Below, piece after piece: positions 49,801-63,870 of a DNA stretch of 64,000 nucleotides. Source of the DNA: Octopus sinensis (taxonomy: Eukaryota); the NCBI RefSeq assembly GCF_006345805.1, contig NC_043005.1:29698001-29762000 (forward strand), given 5' to 3'. Below the pieces are notes generated by a model. The model was not told the DNA's origin. It searched no databases and saw only the letters and a program-made list of their open reading frames with translations. Each line of letters begins with the position of its first letter. Position 1 is the stretch's first letter. Both the position numbers and the translations under genes were made by a program.

Positions 49801-52304
49801 GCCTTAGGGGTCACTCCACTACACAGCAGGAGTTATGGTAAACACTGATGACTGCTAGTACAGGCACTTCTCCAGGAGTTGTCAGAAAGGATTTGGTACA
49901 ACCTGTTCTTGGCATCAAACTAGCTTGTAAGTACTTCTCAGTTGTGATACTAGGAAAGTGAGTCTTCATTGTACTTGACATAAAACTGAACTGCCACCCT
50001 TCAACAGTCTGTGATTCCTTAATTTTTAAAATCTGCCTCATCATTATGATTCCTTCTTTACTTTGTTGCTTTATAATGCATCGCCTTTGCCCCTGTAGCA
50101 ACTGATGATGATCATGATACCACCACCTCCATCACCACCACCACCACCACCACCACCACCACCACTACTACTACTACAACTTCTCAATTTCCAGTGTTGG
50201 CTTCATCTTTCATTCCTGTAAGATGATAGCGATAATACAAGTGTGATGGAATTTCTCTTGCATTCCTATAAAATGACACAAGCAATACAAGAGGGAGAGA
50301 ATTTCCCTTAGTGGTTCTTTAGTGATTTCTGGCTTTGACACAGGACCCACCCAATATGCTGAGCAGTGCAGAAAGACCTAAAAACAGACTTGGATAAGAA
50401 TTCAATGGGGGTTAAGTGAGATAATTACAGCCTTCTTTATAAATATTGAAACTTGGTCCTCTCTGTTGTTGTTGTTGTTGTTCAACCCCAAGTTAGACCT
50501 GATTGAGCAGAGCCATGCCAGCCATGACCATCCTGTATTATTAGGGTCTCTCCAACTACATTACTCAATGTGCCTTTCTTTGTCTAATATGATGAAAAAG
50601 GTTTAGCCACCCAGGGGCTCTATTATTGCTTGTCTTAGCCACCCAGGGGCTCTATTATTGTTTGTAGAGATTTGATGACAGAATATCTAAATCAATAGGT
50701 TGTAGGTTCAAATCTATTGCAGGTTTTTGTTGAACAGTAGAACACTATATTCTACATTAACCCCTGCTGCTGAGGGAGTAAACCTTATGGAAAATCTGAA
50801 GGAGGGATCCTAAGACAGAAATGTATGGCTAACAGTCATACTTAACTAATATCTGGTATCCCCTATGGTTCCATGGATATTGATTTGTCTTCTCTTCATG
50901 GCATATCCAGAAGTGGAGTGATGACACGTGTGTGTAGTTGTGTCTGGGTACTTGTTTCTAGAAACAGCCCTGGCACAACAGAGGTGGTTGACAATAGCGA
51001 AAAAGCTAAATCATATTCTACAGTGCTTCAATTGTAATCTTGGTGCATACATTGTCATCTGTGGGAAAAGATAACCTGTGATAGACTAGTGTCCTATCCA
51101 GGTGAGTATTTGTTTCTCATTACTGCATTTATGAGACATAAGCTAACAGTCTATGTTACCTCAGTTGTTGTGTGCATGTGTATTGGGGTAAGGGTTGATA
51201 AACGCCATCTCACCTTTAATGAGTATTATCTGCAATAAAGTGGTACCCTATCTGGTGTGAGTAGGAGCATGTTGATTGGCGCCTGCTCATCTGTAAACAA
51301 TGTCACTTGTAATTAGGGCTTCTCAATTTCCTGGAACTTATCATTCTTTGAGAATCAGTGGGATAACACAAAAGAAAAAAAATCCAGGGTTCATGGAATT
51401 AGATCCCAATATTTACTCTTTAAATGTTTTTTCTCTTATTTTAGGGTTTAGAGTTTGTAATAATACAAAGCAAGAATCAGGAACATAAAAGAATAAAAGA
51501 AGATAGAGTAGACTTTTTTCAGTTTTTGTCTTCAAAATTCATTCACCAGTGCCACTCTTTTAAGTGGTTGGCATTTGGAAGGGCATCCAGCTATAGAAAC
51601 CATACCAAAACAAACAAATAGATCATGGACAGCTTTTAGCTGGTCAATTCCTGTCAAACCATTCAACCTATGCCAGCATGGAGAATGGACATCAAAATAC
51701 ATGAGTATGCATGTGTGTACATGTTTGTGTGTGTATGTGTGTAAGTGTGTGTGATACTGTCTCCTTTCCTTGACATTGTGTGACAGTTGTAAACAGATGT
51801 CACTGTCATGCAAGCATTGAAATGTGAACATTGTTTGTGATATTTTGCTGTGAAGATTTGGATGATGGCAATTAAAAATGAATCTAGTGCATCCAAAAAT
51901 TATTAATGGATTATTTAAAATATGACTGGCTTCCGTGTCAGCGACACATAAAAAGTGCCAACCGATTGTGGCGATGCCAGTACTCCCTGACTAGCTCTTG
52001 TGCTGGTGGCATATAAAAAGGACCATCCAAACATGGCCGATGCTAGGTCTGCCTGACTGGCTCCTGTGCCGGTGGCATATAAAAGTGCCAACCGATTATG
52101 GCGATGCCAGTACTCCCTGACTGGCTCTTGTGCTGGTGGCATGTAAAAATCACCCACCACATTCTTAGAGTGGTTGGTGTTAGGATGGGCATCCAGCTGT
52201 AGAAACACTGTTAGATCAGATTGGAGCCAGGGGCAGCCACTGGCTTTCCAGACCTCAGTCACACCGTACAACCCATGCCAGCATGGAAAACAGACTTTAC
52301 ATGG

Positions 52305-52345
<41 letters not shown>

Positions 52346-52379
52346 AATGTCATCAATCAAATCTGATGTTTTATTCTTT

Positions 52380-54324
52380 TACCATTTGATTGTTTAGAAA
52401 CATTCGCCTGGAAAGCGGCACATTGGAGTATTTTGCCAATTCAATTTTTCTAGAGTAAAACAAATGATTTTTAGAGAAGTAATGGGAGAACCTTTTAGAG
52501 CGTAGTTTTCAAAATTTCAGTTATCAATTGGTTCTGGCACAACAACTTCAATAACATTGAATCCATTGTCTAAAAAGTCAACAAGTGGTTTTATATCAAT
52601 CATAACTTTTGGCATATAGCTTTTAAGGAGCAACAATCATTCTAACATTACAAATGAACTTCCCTAGCTTGTCTTTAATATTTTTTATTAATTACTATGT
52701 GCGATCATGTTCTTCTCTAATGTGTTTCTGAAGTATTTGTTGTTTAGTTTTTTTGTTTTTTTTTTTATGGTGACCTGAAATGAACTGACAATTATTCTCA
52801 TCTTCATCTTCATCATCATCATCATTGTCATCATCACACTGGCATGGGTTGGACAGTTCGGCTGGAATGAGGGAGGTGGCCTTTGTGCCAGACACTGAGA
52901 GGCTCAAACATGGCAGAAGCCATGGCAGAACAGGTGTCTTGCTGGAAAGGATACCAATGCTTGAAGAATTTCCAGCAAAACGGTCTTCTGCAACAGGAAG
53001 TATTTCACTGAATTTTAGTTTGTTGCAAACCAACATTGTTATCAACCACATTGATAACATTGGAATCTACCTTTTGATCATCATCCTGGAATGTATCTTC
53101 AACCTTCTCATCATTATTGCAAGGGTCGTTAATTAAATTGAATTCATCAGAATTTAGTTCAGTTTTCATGTAAGCATCATCACAAACAGCCAAGTGAAGA
53201 CCATGTGCATTACACAGACGATGCTCATAGTTCCAATCCTTACCAATTTTAACTATGAAACTTGGTCCATCAGTTACAACTGCAACTTTATGTTCTTTAC
53301 TAAATCAAGGAAGAATTCAGGAAGTTTCTTTTCAAAAAATTCAAAGATTTCTTTTACGGTAGGCTCAGCATGGCTGGGATTGAAGCTCAGTCTCACTGTC
53401 TGGTTCCTTGGGCAAGTGTCTTCTACCATAGCCTCAGACTGATTAGTGCCTTGTGAATTTGGTAGCCAGAAACTGTTATGTGTGTGTGTGTGTGTCCCAC
53501 CACCACTTGACACTGGTGTTGGTTTGTTTACATCCCTGTAGCTTAAGTGTTTGGCAAAGGAGTCTGAGAGAATTAATTATCAGACTTAAAATAAGTGCTG
53601 GGGTTGATTTGTTTGACTAAAATCCTTCAAAGTAGTGCTCTAGCATGGCCACAATCCAATGATGGAAACAAGTCAATGATAAAAGAAGAAAAGCTTTCAT
53701 AAATTCTAATTATTCCTAAACTCCAGAATTTACTAAACGATGAATAAAGATTCAAATATCTGCAATTACACAAAGATGCTTCTTCAGCTAAACTTTTCAG
53801 AGTCCTTTCTTTTAGTTATTTCTCAAAGATCTATTATATTTTTTAAAAAACCATATTGATATTGCACCATTTTCTTAATGAGAACCATTCTTTGTTAAAA
53901 CCAAGCCTTCATCTGTAATAGCTTTCTAAAGAAAAGCATTTTTAATTATCACATTCATAGAAAATCCATTAATAGCAACACATCTGGAGACTATTTCTTT
54001 TGTGGTGTCAGTCTAATTTTGTCTATGGTGTCAACCTAATTTCGTCTGTGGTGTCAGTCTAATTTCTTCCGTGGTGTCAGTCTAATTTCGTCTGTGGTGT
54101 CAGTCTAATTTCTTCCGTGGTGTCAGTCTAATTTCTTTTGTGGTATCAGTCTAATTTTCCATAAGGCTGTCTAATTCCTAAGCTTCCTTTCCAACCATGT
54201 GTTTATGAGTTCAGTCTCACTGTGTAGTATCTTGAGCATATGTCTTCTATAGCTCTGGATCAAGCAAACTGTTGTGAGTGGATTTAGCAGACAGAAACTG
54301 AAAGAAGTCTGTTGTATGTGTGTA

Positions 54325-54403
<79 letters not shown>

Positions 54404-54928
54404 TGGGGTGCATACATTCTTTTCTTCACATCATGGAATGATTGTAGGAAAGCATCACCTTTACATAAGATATGTCATTTGTTTCAAATTCTTTGAGGAA
54501 AATCGTGGGGAAATATTATCTTCCTTAGAAACAGGTGACGTTTGGTGACAAAAAGAATATTCAGCCATAAAAAAAACTACACCTCAAACGAATTCCATCT
54601 GACTAATGCATTTCTAGAAAAATGGATGTGAAAACAATGATGATGATGATGATGATGATGAAGTTATTTCTGTTGGTTTTGTTCTTTGCAAAAGAAGTCC
54701 ATCTGTTCCAAATGTACTAATATCTGAGAAAATGTCTTAGAGAACATTTTTTAACTGATGCCACAGCTATTTGCTGAACCACCTGAGCACTTTAAAATGG
54801 TCTTGGAATTTATAATTAGTTTTTAAATGACACAACCGGGAATTCCTTGGAAATAGAATACAAGCCTGGGAATTCCTGATTGCATTTGCAGCCAAATTTT
54901 CTTGGAATTCAGGATCCAGGAACCGTAG
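52380..54928 (-). mobile_element. hAT transposon relic with multiple nested insertions
   Basis: Minus frames EIVSRCVAINGFS, EEASLCNCRYLNL...FWSLGIIRI, VAVVTDGPSF...HRLCNAHGLHLAVCD (second D plus CxxH) and ILQKHIREE...KTS*GSSFVMLE. TIR-like end tacggttcctggatcctgaattcc near 54928. Confidence 0.75.
53991..54170. repeat. 23-bp minisatellite, 7 units plus a partial unit
   Basis: Unit ctaatttc(gtct/ttcc)gtggtgtcagt at 53991, 54013, 54036, 54059, 54082, 54105, 54128 and 54151. Confidence 0.9.
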
Positions 54929-56640
54929 GAGAGAAGCCCTACATATGATAGACACCCACACTATCCAGGGGGAGTTTTATCACTCATCCACTTTACATCA
55001 TGAAACTAGAACTAATTGATAGCCTTTACAAGTCCTTTTAGAGTGTTTAGGAGATATTTACAAGCATCATACATTGTTGAAGGTCTGATGAAACTTGTCT
55101 CAGTTTTTGTAAGAGAAATAGGTAGGTTTGAGCCCACAAAATGCACTAAAGTTGTTGACGATGAGAAGGGCATCCAGCCTTAAGGACCGTGCCAAAAAAG
55201 GAGAGCAGGCATGGACTTTGTAAATCTGAGAAAAGGCAACTGCTAGAAGGACAGAGACTTTGGTAAAGGAACAAAAAGATACATTATGGCCATCTACATG
55301 TTACACTTAATGCAAATACATGATGGAATGCCAAATTAACTGCACAGCTAGCATTCTCTCCACCACTATTCGATGAATTTCATCTGCTACTGCTATATCT
55401 TTTTGTTATTTAATACTGTACATTCATAAGAGATACTATTTCCAGATGAATATTGCTGTTAATTTGCCTTTTCACTAAGTATCTGCATTACATATCTTAC
55501 ACAGATTGCTATTTTAATCTAATACTGCTTCTGTTGTTCATATCAATATATAACAGACATTTTAGTCCTGGCACAGACAACCTCTTTAGTATTGTAGCAA
55601 GGTATAATAGACAGAGTTCACACTGTAAAGTGGTTGGCACTAGGAATGGTAAAGAGCTGTAAAGACCTTAACAAAATGTATCATTTACTTCAACTAAGAT
55701 TGGCAGGTTTTGTTGTGTGTCAGATGCTGATGGAACATGACAAATATGGCAAGGAGGAGCTGCGGGAAAATGCACAGAAAATGGTGGTGGTAGTGTTGTT
55801 GTTGTTGGTGGTGATGGTGATGGTAATGGTATTGGTGGTGTTGGCAATAGTGATATTCATGGTGGTAGAGATGGTGGTGATGGTAGATGACAGTAGCAGT
55901 GGTAGTGGTGGGGATGATGACGATGATGATGATGGTGGTAGTGGTGGTGATGATGATGATGATAGTAGTGCTAATGATTGTTGTTGTTGTTGTGATGGTC
56001 ATGGTGGTGATGTTGATGGCAAACTAACAAAATAATTGCTAGTTTCCTAGTAAACTGAATTTCTCCAACTTGATGGACTGAGCCATTGATTATGATGGAT
56101 CATTCAACCATCAATACATAACCACAACCACCACCACCATCACAACAATCACTACCACTACCACCACCACCACCACCACCACCACCACCACCACCACCAT
56201 CACCACAACCACCACAACCACCACCACTACCACCACCACCACCACCACCATTCTGCCACCACCACCACCCATGGTGATGTGTTCATACTCTCTAATACTT
56301 ACTGCTCTTCAAAACTAGCGTCCAATCTGTGTATTATCTGATTCACTCACCTCTCCTCCCAACCTTCTGCTCTAACCCTACCCGCCATCCTCAGCAACTT
56401 TGCCGATCCAATATGTTGCTTCTCACAATTACAACTGTGTGAAAATCTGTCTGAGTCCATACTTTACCAAACTGCAGAAATTCAAACAGTTTGACTTTGC
56501 CATTTTGGGAAGGATACCAAAAGATGTGGTGTGATAATGCAGAACCGTGAACAATGGAAGTGGAGATATGTTGTCTGTCTTGTCTCACCAAATGAGGATT
56601 CATTTAATTTTGCTTTGACTCTTTTTATATCGTTCCTTAC

Positions 56641-56747
56641 ATTGGACAACATTAACAGACCAATAATAACATTGATGATTATCAATTAACTCTTTGGCTG
56701 GCAGTTCATTTTTTAAAAATATTCTTGTGGTGTGAACAAATAATTTT
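56641..56747 (-). CDS. possible 107-nt exon
   Basis: catttttcag| ... caat|gtaagg. Open frame KLFVHTTRIFLKNELPAKELIDNHQCYYWSVNVVQ (phase 2 to 1). Confidence 0.3.
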
Positions 56748-58624
56748 CTGAAAAATGGTTCCACAATCATACATCATAATTCATTACACACATCAACCAC
56801 ATTGTCATCATTCAATGCCTTCCATACTGGCATGGGTTGGATAGTTTGACAGGATCTAATGAGCTGGGGAACTGTGTCAAACTCCAATTTCTATTTTGGT
56901 ATGGTTTCTATGGTTAGATGCAGCACTTTCTAACACCAACCATTTTTGGATGTTTTTTTTCCCCATGATACCAACATTAGTGAGATCATCAAGTAATTCA
57001 GAAGACAAAGTTACTTTTGAGCATTTAAATCTATCACTATGTCATAGTAAATGTATGTTGTAACAACATGTAAATCATGGCAATTCTACAGGAATGGATG
57101 TAGTGGAACCCTCTAGTGATGTTTTGACACATTTAATATTCAATGATCAGCCAATACAGATATGCTTTAACATTGAGCTATGGCAAAAATGAGCCAAGGC
57201 AGAATTGACCCAAAGCTGAAATGGCCCAAATATCATTCTACTTGCAAGAAGGTTAAGATATCAACCAACTTGTATATTAATTATTCCACTAAGCAACCAT
57301 TGTAAACTGTATATTATCATCATCCTCACTCTTTAATGTATGTTTTCCATACTGCTATGGATTGGATGGTTTGACCAGAGATGGCAAGCAGAAGAGTTGA
57401 ACCGAGTTCCTGAATCTGATTCAACTTGGCTTCTACGGCTGGATGCTCTTCCTTATGTCAACCATTTCAAACTGTGTGCTGGGTGCTTTTAACATGGCAC
57501 TGGTATGTGGGGCCAGTGCAAGAGCTTTTTACATAGTACCAGCACAGGGCTGTCAGGACACTCCTCTTCATCAGCAGGAGTGACATTAACACTTCTGTTG
57601 TGGAGAACAGATCTTCTTGAGTATATATATAAATTAAGCAGAAAATGGTGAAAATTCTTGATCAATAAATTAACTACCATCGATTATTATTTTTCAATAC
57701 TAAACTTTATCACTTCTAACAGCCGTTTCTGCTTCCAATGTCCCTCAGCACTGCCAAAGAAAATTCTGAGAATAATATTTGTCATATTCTATAACACATC
57801 CGATCTGGTACATGGAGCTTCATCAGAGTGAAGACAAATGCATAAAATAAAAGAAGAGAAGAGAAAAGAAAAGGGCCTCGAGATGAGGAAAGAAGGCTTA
57901 ATATATTTGAATCATACCATTTTGCAATGTAAAGATTGAAGTCAATGAGCAAATGGCTAAACAAGAAAATTAATTGGTGGGTTACTGTTTCTATAGGGGT
58001 AACAGGGTGTATAAATAATAAAATAAGTGCTTTAGTATAACAGGATTTACCAATAGGTCTAGAAAAAGAATAACACTTAAGATTTTGTAAATAGTACTAA
58101 TTAATATTTATCTAAATTACATGCTCATAAATTAATTACATTAATATACTTACTGATATATTTTAAAGACCAACCACCTATTGTCCGTAATGGGATTGAC
58201 CAAAGTCGAACCATCAGACTTTGGCAAAGATAGAGAGATAAATATATAAAGGGAAAAAAATAAGTGAAATGAGGAAGGTTATAAGGTGAGGATGAAGCAA
58301 AAACAAAAAAAAAGATGAAGTTAATGAAATAAAACATGTGGTGGATGAAGTGTAAAAATATGAAATGAAACAACAATTGAAGAATGTGTACAATGAAAAT
58401 GAATACAGAATGAAAAGAAAAGAAAAGAATCTAATGCTTTGAATTTTACCTTTTTGAAAGAAAAAGAAAAGGAAAAAGGAAAAGTCTGACGAACAGAAAT
58501 AGATTTTATACCAAATTTATGACATATGTTTACATTGCAGGCGTTTGTGTTTATATGTGTGTGCATTTACATATATTTACACACACACACACACACACAT
58601 AATTATCCAACGATCTGTCTCTCA

Positions 58625-58655
<31 letters not shown>

Positions 58656-58762
58656 AAGAATGAAAAAATAATTGTGAAGGGAAGTGAATCTCCTAGATCT
58701 TATATCTCAACTCAATGGAGAGATGTCAGGAATCTATCACATCTTATATTGATTCTTTTTAC

Positions 58763-58858
58763 CGAATATGATGAAAGAAGAAGAAATAATAGCAAGACCC
58801 AGCAATGTGTAAGGGTCGATTTGCAATGATGTATATGCAAATATATGGAATTCTCCAT
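58763..58858 (-). CDS. candidate first coding exon with signal-peptide-like N-terminus
   Basis: ATG at 58858, MENSIYLHIHHCKSTLTHCWVLLLFLLLSSYS, then TCG|gtaaaa donor (phase 0). Confidence 0.3.
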
Positions 58859-58957
58859 CAATTTTCACTTGCCTTTAGTTTGTTGTTGCTATGCGAAGGA
58901 ACTGTTTACTGCATAATCCTTGCATTTAAACGCATCAGTGTTATACTCCCTCTTTTA

Positions 58958-58972
58958 GTTGCCCCTGGCAAC
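58958..58972. promoter_or_regulatory. RFX X-box-like palindrome
   Basis: GTTGCC-CCT-GGCAAC fits the consensus GTNRCC(N0-3)RGYAAC. A weaker GTTGCTATGCGAAG lies at 58885-58898. Confidence 0.4.
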
Positions 58973-59024
58973 TGCTTCTGATGATGATGTGGGAGACAAC
59001 AACAACGGCGACAACAGCAGAAAA

Positions 59025-59255
59025 AGAAGAAGGAGAAGAAGAAGAAGAAGAAGAAGAAGAAGAAGGAAGAGAAGAAGGGGAAGGAGGAGAAGAAGAAGAA
59101 GAAGAAGGAAGAGAAGAAGGGGAAGGAGGAGAAGAAGAAGAAGAAGAAGGAAGAGAAGAAGGGGAAGGAGGAGAAGAAGAAGAAGAAGAAGGAGAAGAAG
59201 AAGAAGAGAAGAAGAAGAAGAAGAAGACGAAGAAGGAGAAGAAGAGAGGGAGAAA
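59025..59255 (+). repeat. (GAA)n polypurine tract with ~45-bp higher-order repeats
   Basis: Direct reading. Confidence 0.9.
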
Positions 59256-59457
59256 ATAAATTGGAAGTATTTCGAATGGAAGGGAGAAATATTCTCTCGG
59301 TATTTATTTCTTTTTTATTTATTGATTCACTGAGTGTGTACTTAAGAAATATGATGTACTCTATTCCATCATCCACCACGTTCTACCTTCAGCCTCACTT
59401 ATCTCTTTCTCCATATACAGTTTGTACTAACACATGTATATAAACCCACACACATAC

Positions 59458-59504
<47 letters not shown>

Positions 59505-59507
59505 CAT

Positions 59508-59542
<35 letters not shown>

Positions 59543-62500
59543 TATATACATACATATATATATATATGCACAAGCACACATGTATGATATACATCATAGT
59601 TGAAAGGCTAGATGCATTCACACACATGGATTCACATACATACATAAAATGTATACCATAGCTGAAAGCTTAGATGCTACACACAACAAACATGTGTATA
59701 CACCTGTTTCTGTTTCTCTCCAAAAATGGAATGTTTTGAAGCACCATGGAAGTTTTCTCATTATTCCCAAATGTATGTTTTTGTGTCCAAAAAGACAAAG
59801 GAGAAGCGGTTCATGAAATCATGAAGGATATTTATTAAAAGATGTGTGTAGGTAGTGTGTACAACTATTTCACAAGAAAGAAAGGAACAGAAAAAATAGA
59901 AGAAGGCCGAGACATTGAATTCTGTCAGTTAATTGCCGTTTGTAGTTTTCCAGTCAGTGGTTTGTTCGTTTGCTTTCAGCATTCGTTCATATATCTATTT
60001 TTCCATGCTAGCATGGGTTAGATGAATAGGTTATTGAAATATACGGCTGGATGCCCATCTTGTTACTCACCATTACCTGTTTTCCAAGTAAGGTATTTCA
60101 TATTCCACATGGCTTTGAAGGCATGAAGCAAAGGGGTGATTTGTTGACAGGAAACATGACAATAACTTCACCAACCAAAACTTACAAGCTTCTTTGAAGA
60201 GGGGACAAATACAATCACACACACACACACATGCATATATACATATATGTACATATGTATCTATATACAAAGGGCTTCTTTCAGTTTTCATCTAACAAAT
60301 TCATTCAAAAGTTATTTGAACTGGGGCTATGATAGAAGACAATCACTCAGGGTGATGCGCATTAAGATTGAATCTGAAATCATGTCATTAGGAAGCAAAC
60401 CTCCCAACCACACAGCCACGAGTACACCTACATTTTCCACAGTTAAAGATTTCCTCCTCTTTTATCCATTGGCTTACCATAATCTGAAACCTACTTTTCA
60501 TTAACAGAAATGAAGACGGAAAACTGTGGGAGATATATTTTAAGTTATAAAATTCCATTTTATGGCAAGATTTTCAGGAAAGCAATGCTGCTGTAATGAA
60601 GTGGATCCATGCACTGATTTACGATATAAGACGAAAAAGAAAACCGTTATTATAAACACATAAAGAATAATATATATTATATTAAAATATTAATGGTGTT
60701 GACCTTAGTGTAAGTTATGATGTTGGTGAATGTAATGTGCAAGTATGACATGATGCAAATATAAAAACGAGTGAGTGAATAATTTCAGGGAAATCTGGGG
60801 CTAATGCGTACTTTTTTTTTATAGCATTGACCTTTAGATTACATTCATGGAATAACCTCCATGCCAGCATGGAAAACAAACATTAAATGATGATGATGAT
60901 AATGATGATGACAATGATGATGACGACGACAACGACGACGATGATGATGATGATTTGTAACATTTACATTAGTTTCTCAATCTCCCAAGTAGAGTCAACC
61001 ATGTTATTTTGATCTCTTTCATACAAGTCAAACTGTCATTTATATGTAAATATGATGTTGTGGATGTACATATGGTTTTGTGTTTGTGTCGTGGGACATC
61101 AATATTCTAGGAGTGTTGTGTATGAGAATTACATTGAACATGGTGGAATTGGTATATTTTTGGTGTGTCTATTTGTGTATATTGTAATGGTAAAGCATCA
61201 ATAAACTGGAATTTGTTTTGAGTATTTGAGAGTGAATGTGCATTTTTTATAAGAGGTAGTCCAATATATTTCTGTTGTATGTAAATTACAATGTGTTTTT
61301 ATAACCATTGTTATGTTATAGGGTGTATGATGACTTTTCAAGACCAAATGATAGAAGATAATTAAACCTTAACTTTGTGTTACAAAAGGTTTGGCTATGT
61401 TGGTTGTAATGAGTTTTGGAAGGATTTGATGTAAGTCCAGTATATGACGTTGTTCAGATGCTGGTTTATTTCTCATTGGTTTTACTTTCACCTTTCATGT
61501 TTTCTTAAAGCATTTAGACTTAAATGCATTGTGCATTTAATATTAGGGAGAGATGAGGATCTCATCATATTGTGTCTCTTTAATGTACTTACACTCAGTA
61601 GCTTTAAAAAGATTTAATAAATTCTTTTGGTAAGTTTAATTGAAAAACTACTGTGAATATTACAATTAAAATTGTTCATTTCTTGGCTGCCACTTTAGTT
61701 TTAAATGCTAGCTATAACTTTCCCTATAGAATTTTTAAGGAAAAGTTCCTCTATAAGTATAAAAAAAATAATAACATTCTAATAATCTTTAAAACAATGT
61801 CAGCAACTTTACAGACATATTTCTGATGCTTTTAGGATTAAAAAAAAAATTTAATCCTGTCTCATTATAATAATACTGTAGCAGAGACTCATTCGAAAGA
61901 CAAAATACAATTTGGACCACCCCAACAATATGCTTGTATGTAAAAATAGCAGAAGGAACACTTTTAGTCTAAATATTCTTTGTAATACAGTAAGAAAGAA
62001 AGACAGAGAATTCCTATATCTAATAAATAGGCACTTCTGCAAGTTGGACAGAAACTGAATTCTTTAACACAAATACAGTGGAGGTTGCTACTTTAATATC
62101 AAAGACTAGCAAAAGAATTCATATAAATGTAACCATCTCAATGTAACTACTATATTACTTTTTTTGCCCTTTCAATAGAAACTGCTTTCTATGAAGCTTT
62201 GATAGGTTTATTGTGCTATAGTATCTTTGAAGGATATGGACAGAAGCTATATCAGTCTCACAGTTAACTCATTCAAAAACCAGTACACCCAGTATCTATT
62301 CTCCTTTGGACATCCAAAAACAGAAACACCACATCATTGTATGAATATGTCTTGAGCTTCAAAAGCAAAAACAATAACCAAAATATTAAAATAGAACAGG
62401 GCAGTTATTGAAAATGTTTACCATTTTATCAGCAGTTCTAGAAGATACCAATGCTGTTTTGCTGAGAAATTTAATTGTTTAACGATGATTAAGAAACTGG

Positions 62501-62744
62501 AATCAATTTGAAAGTGTTACTATGAAGTGTGTTACCATCTCAGATTGAATTGCAAGTGGGCTAAAATTCTTTGATTATCAAATTCATAGTAATCTTCAAT
62601 AAAATAGAAAAGCATTTTACCAGCAAAAATCAAAACAAAACATTTATATTAGGAATGGTATAGGCATCGTATGGCTGCATGACTAAGATGTTTACTTCCT
62701 AATTCTAGGAATCCTCCCATTCATCATAGTCCTTCAGAATATAA

Positions 62745-63870
62745 CAGAAGTTTAAGTCCATTTGTCTGTGAGAATTGCTATATGCTGATGATCCTGTTCT
62801 TATTGCTAAATCTGTAGTAGAATTAGAAAAGTAATTCCAAGTGTGGAAGCAAAGCCTGGAATCAAAAGACTCAAAGTTTACTAAGCAAAATCAAAATTTT
62901 AGTAAACAGGAAAACAGACAAGACACTTGCTTTTGCTTTCATTGGGGAAATGGCTTTGATATAGAGAAAAAGATTAGATATAAATTACATACATTTCACC
63001 CAATGTAAACTTTTGACACACAAAAAGTGCAGTGGTGCCTCAGGCAAATCACCAGAGAAAGTAGGCTTTGTATGTGGAAGAGACATGAGAACAATAAGTA
63101 CTAAAAGCACGCAGGAAATAGATTTCTTAAAGTTCTGTCAGGAATTCTAGGGGCAGTAGATATCTTCTGTTATGTAGATAGCCTAATTAGCAGTGGAGGA
63201 GGTTGTTCTGAAAGTATTGTTGCTAGAATAAAAACAGGATGGAGCAAGTACAGAGAGCTGTTATTGCCATTGATAAAAGGGGTCTCTTTCAAAATGAAAG
63301 GCAGATTATGTGATGTTTGAGTATGAACTGTAACACTACATGGTAGTGAGATGCAGGCCTTGAATGCAGAGGACAGAGGACAGAAAGAAACAAAGCTAGC
63401 ATAAAAATTGTTTGCCAACATAACATTGCAGTCCTGGTTTAGGATGAATGTTGCTGTAATTTAGCCCCAGGAGACAATATCTCCAGCTGGCTATACGACA
63501 TGATCTGTGTCCTTATATTTTCAAACAAGAGCATTTAACAATATCTCAGCTCAAAACAATATCTGTGTATCATGATTTCTAAACCAGGACTGCCATGTTA
63601 TGTTGGCAAACAATCTTTACTCTAAAGTACTGTTGCTGAATGTATCTCTTGTTGTAAGATTTTAAAATAGTAATTTTCTAAAGCTAGCATACTCCATCAG
63701 ATGTACAAAGTCAGTGAACATAAACAGCAAAATACAAATGTGTTGAGAAAAAATTTGAGCATAAGGGGAATGTGCAAGAGAGAAGACTGTGCTGATCAAG
63801 TGATACATATTGATGGAGACAACTGCATAAATAAATACTGATTGCTTAAGGTTGATGGAATTTGTGAAGA
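62745..63870 (+). mobile_element. highly degraded RTE 3' coding relic interrupted by the hairpin element
   Basis: ELLYADDPVLIA, FCYVD, GWSKYRELL...LHGSEM, with the frame resuming after 63691. Confidence 0.75.
63404..63679 (+). mobile_element. hairpin element copy 2 with a 12-bp TSD
   Basis: aaagctagcata at 63392-63403 and 63680-63691. Arms 63408-63442 and 63579-63613. Same tail as 17056-17125 in opposite orientation. Confidence 0.85.

Noticed and set aside
49811-50380. Open frames at 49811-50101 and about 50210-50378 on the minus strand
   Set aside because: Protein-like but lacking a convincing acceptor and donor pair or any recognisable motif.
55560-55662. Apparent exon-like ORF ...RQSSHCKVVGTRNG
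   Set aside because: The sequence is a decayed copy of the common tgtaaagtggttggcattaggaagggc repeat tail.
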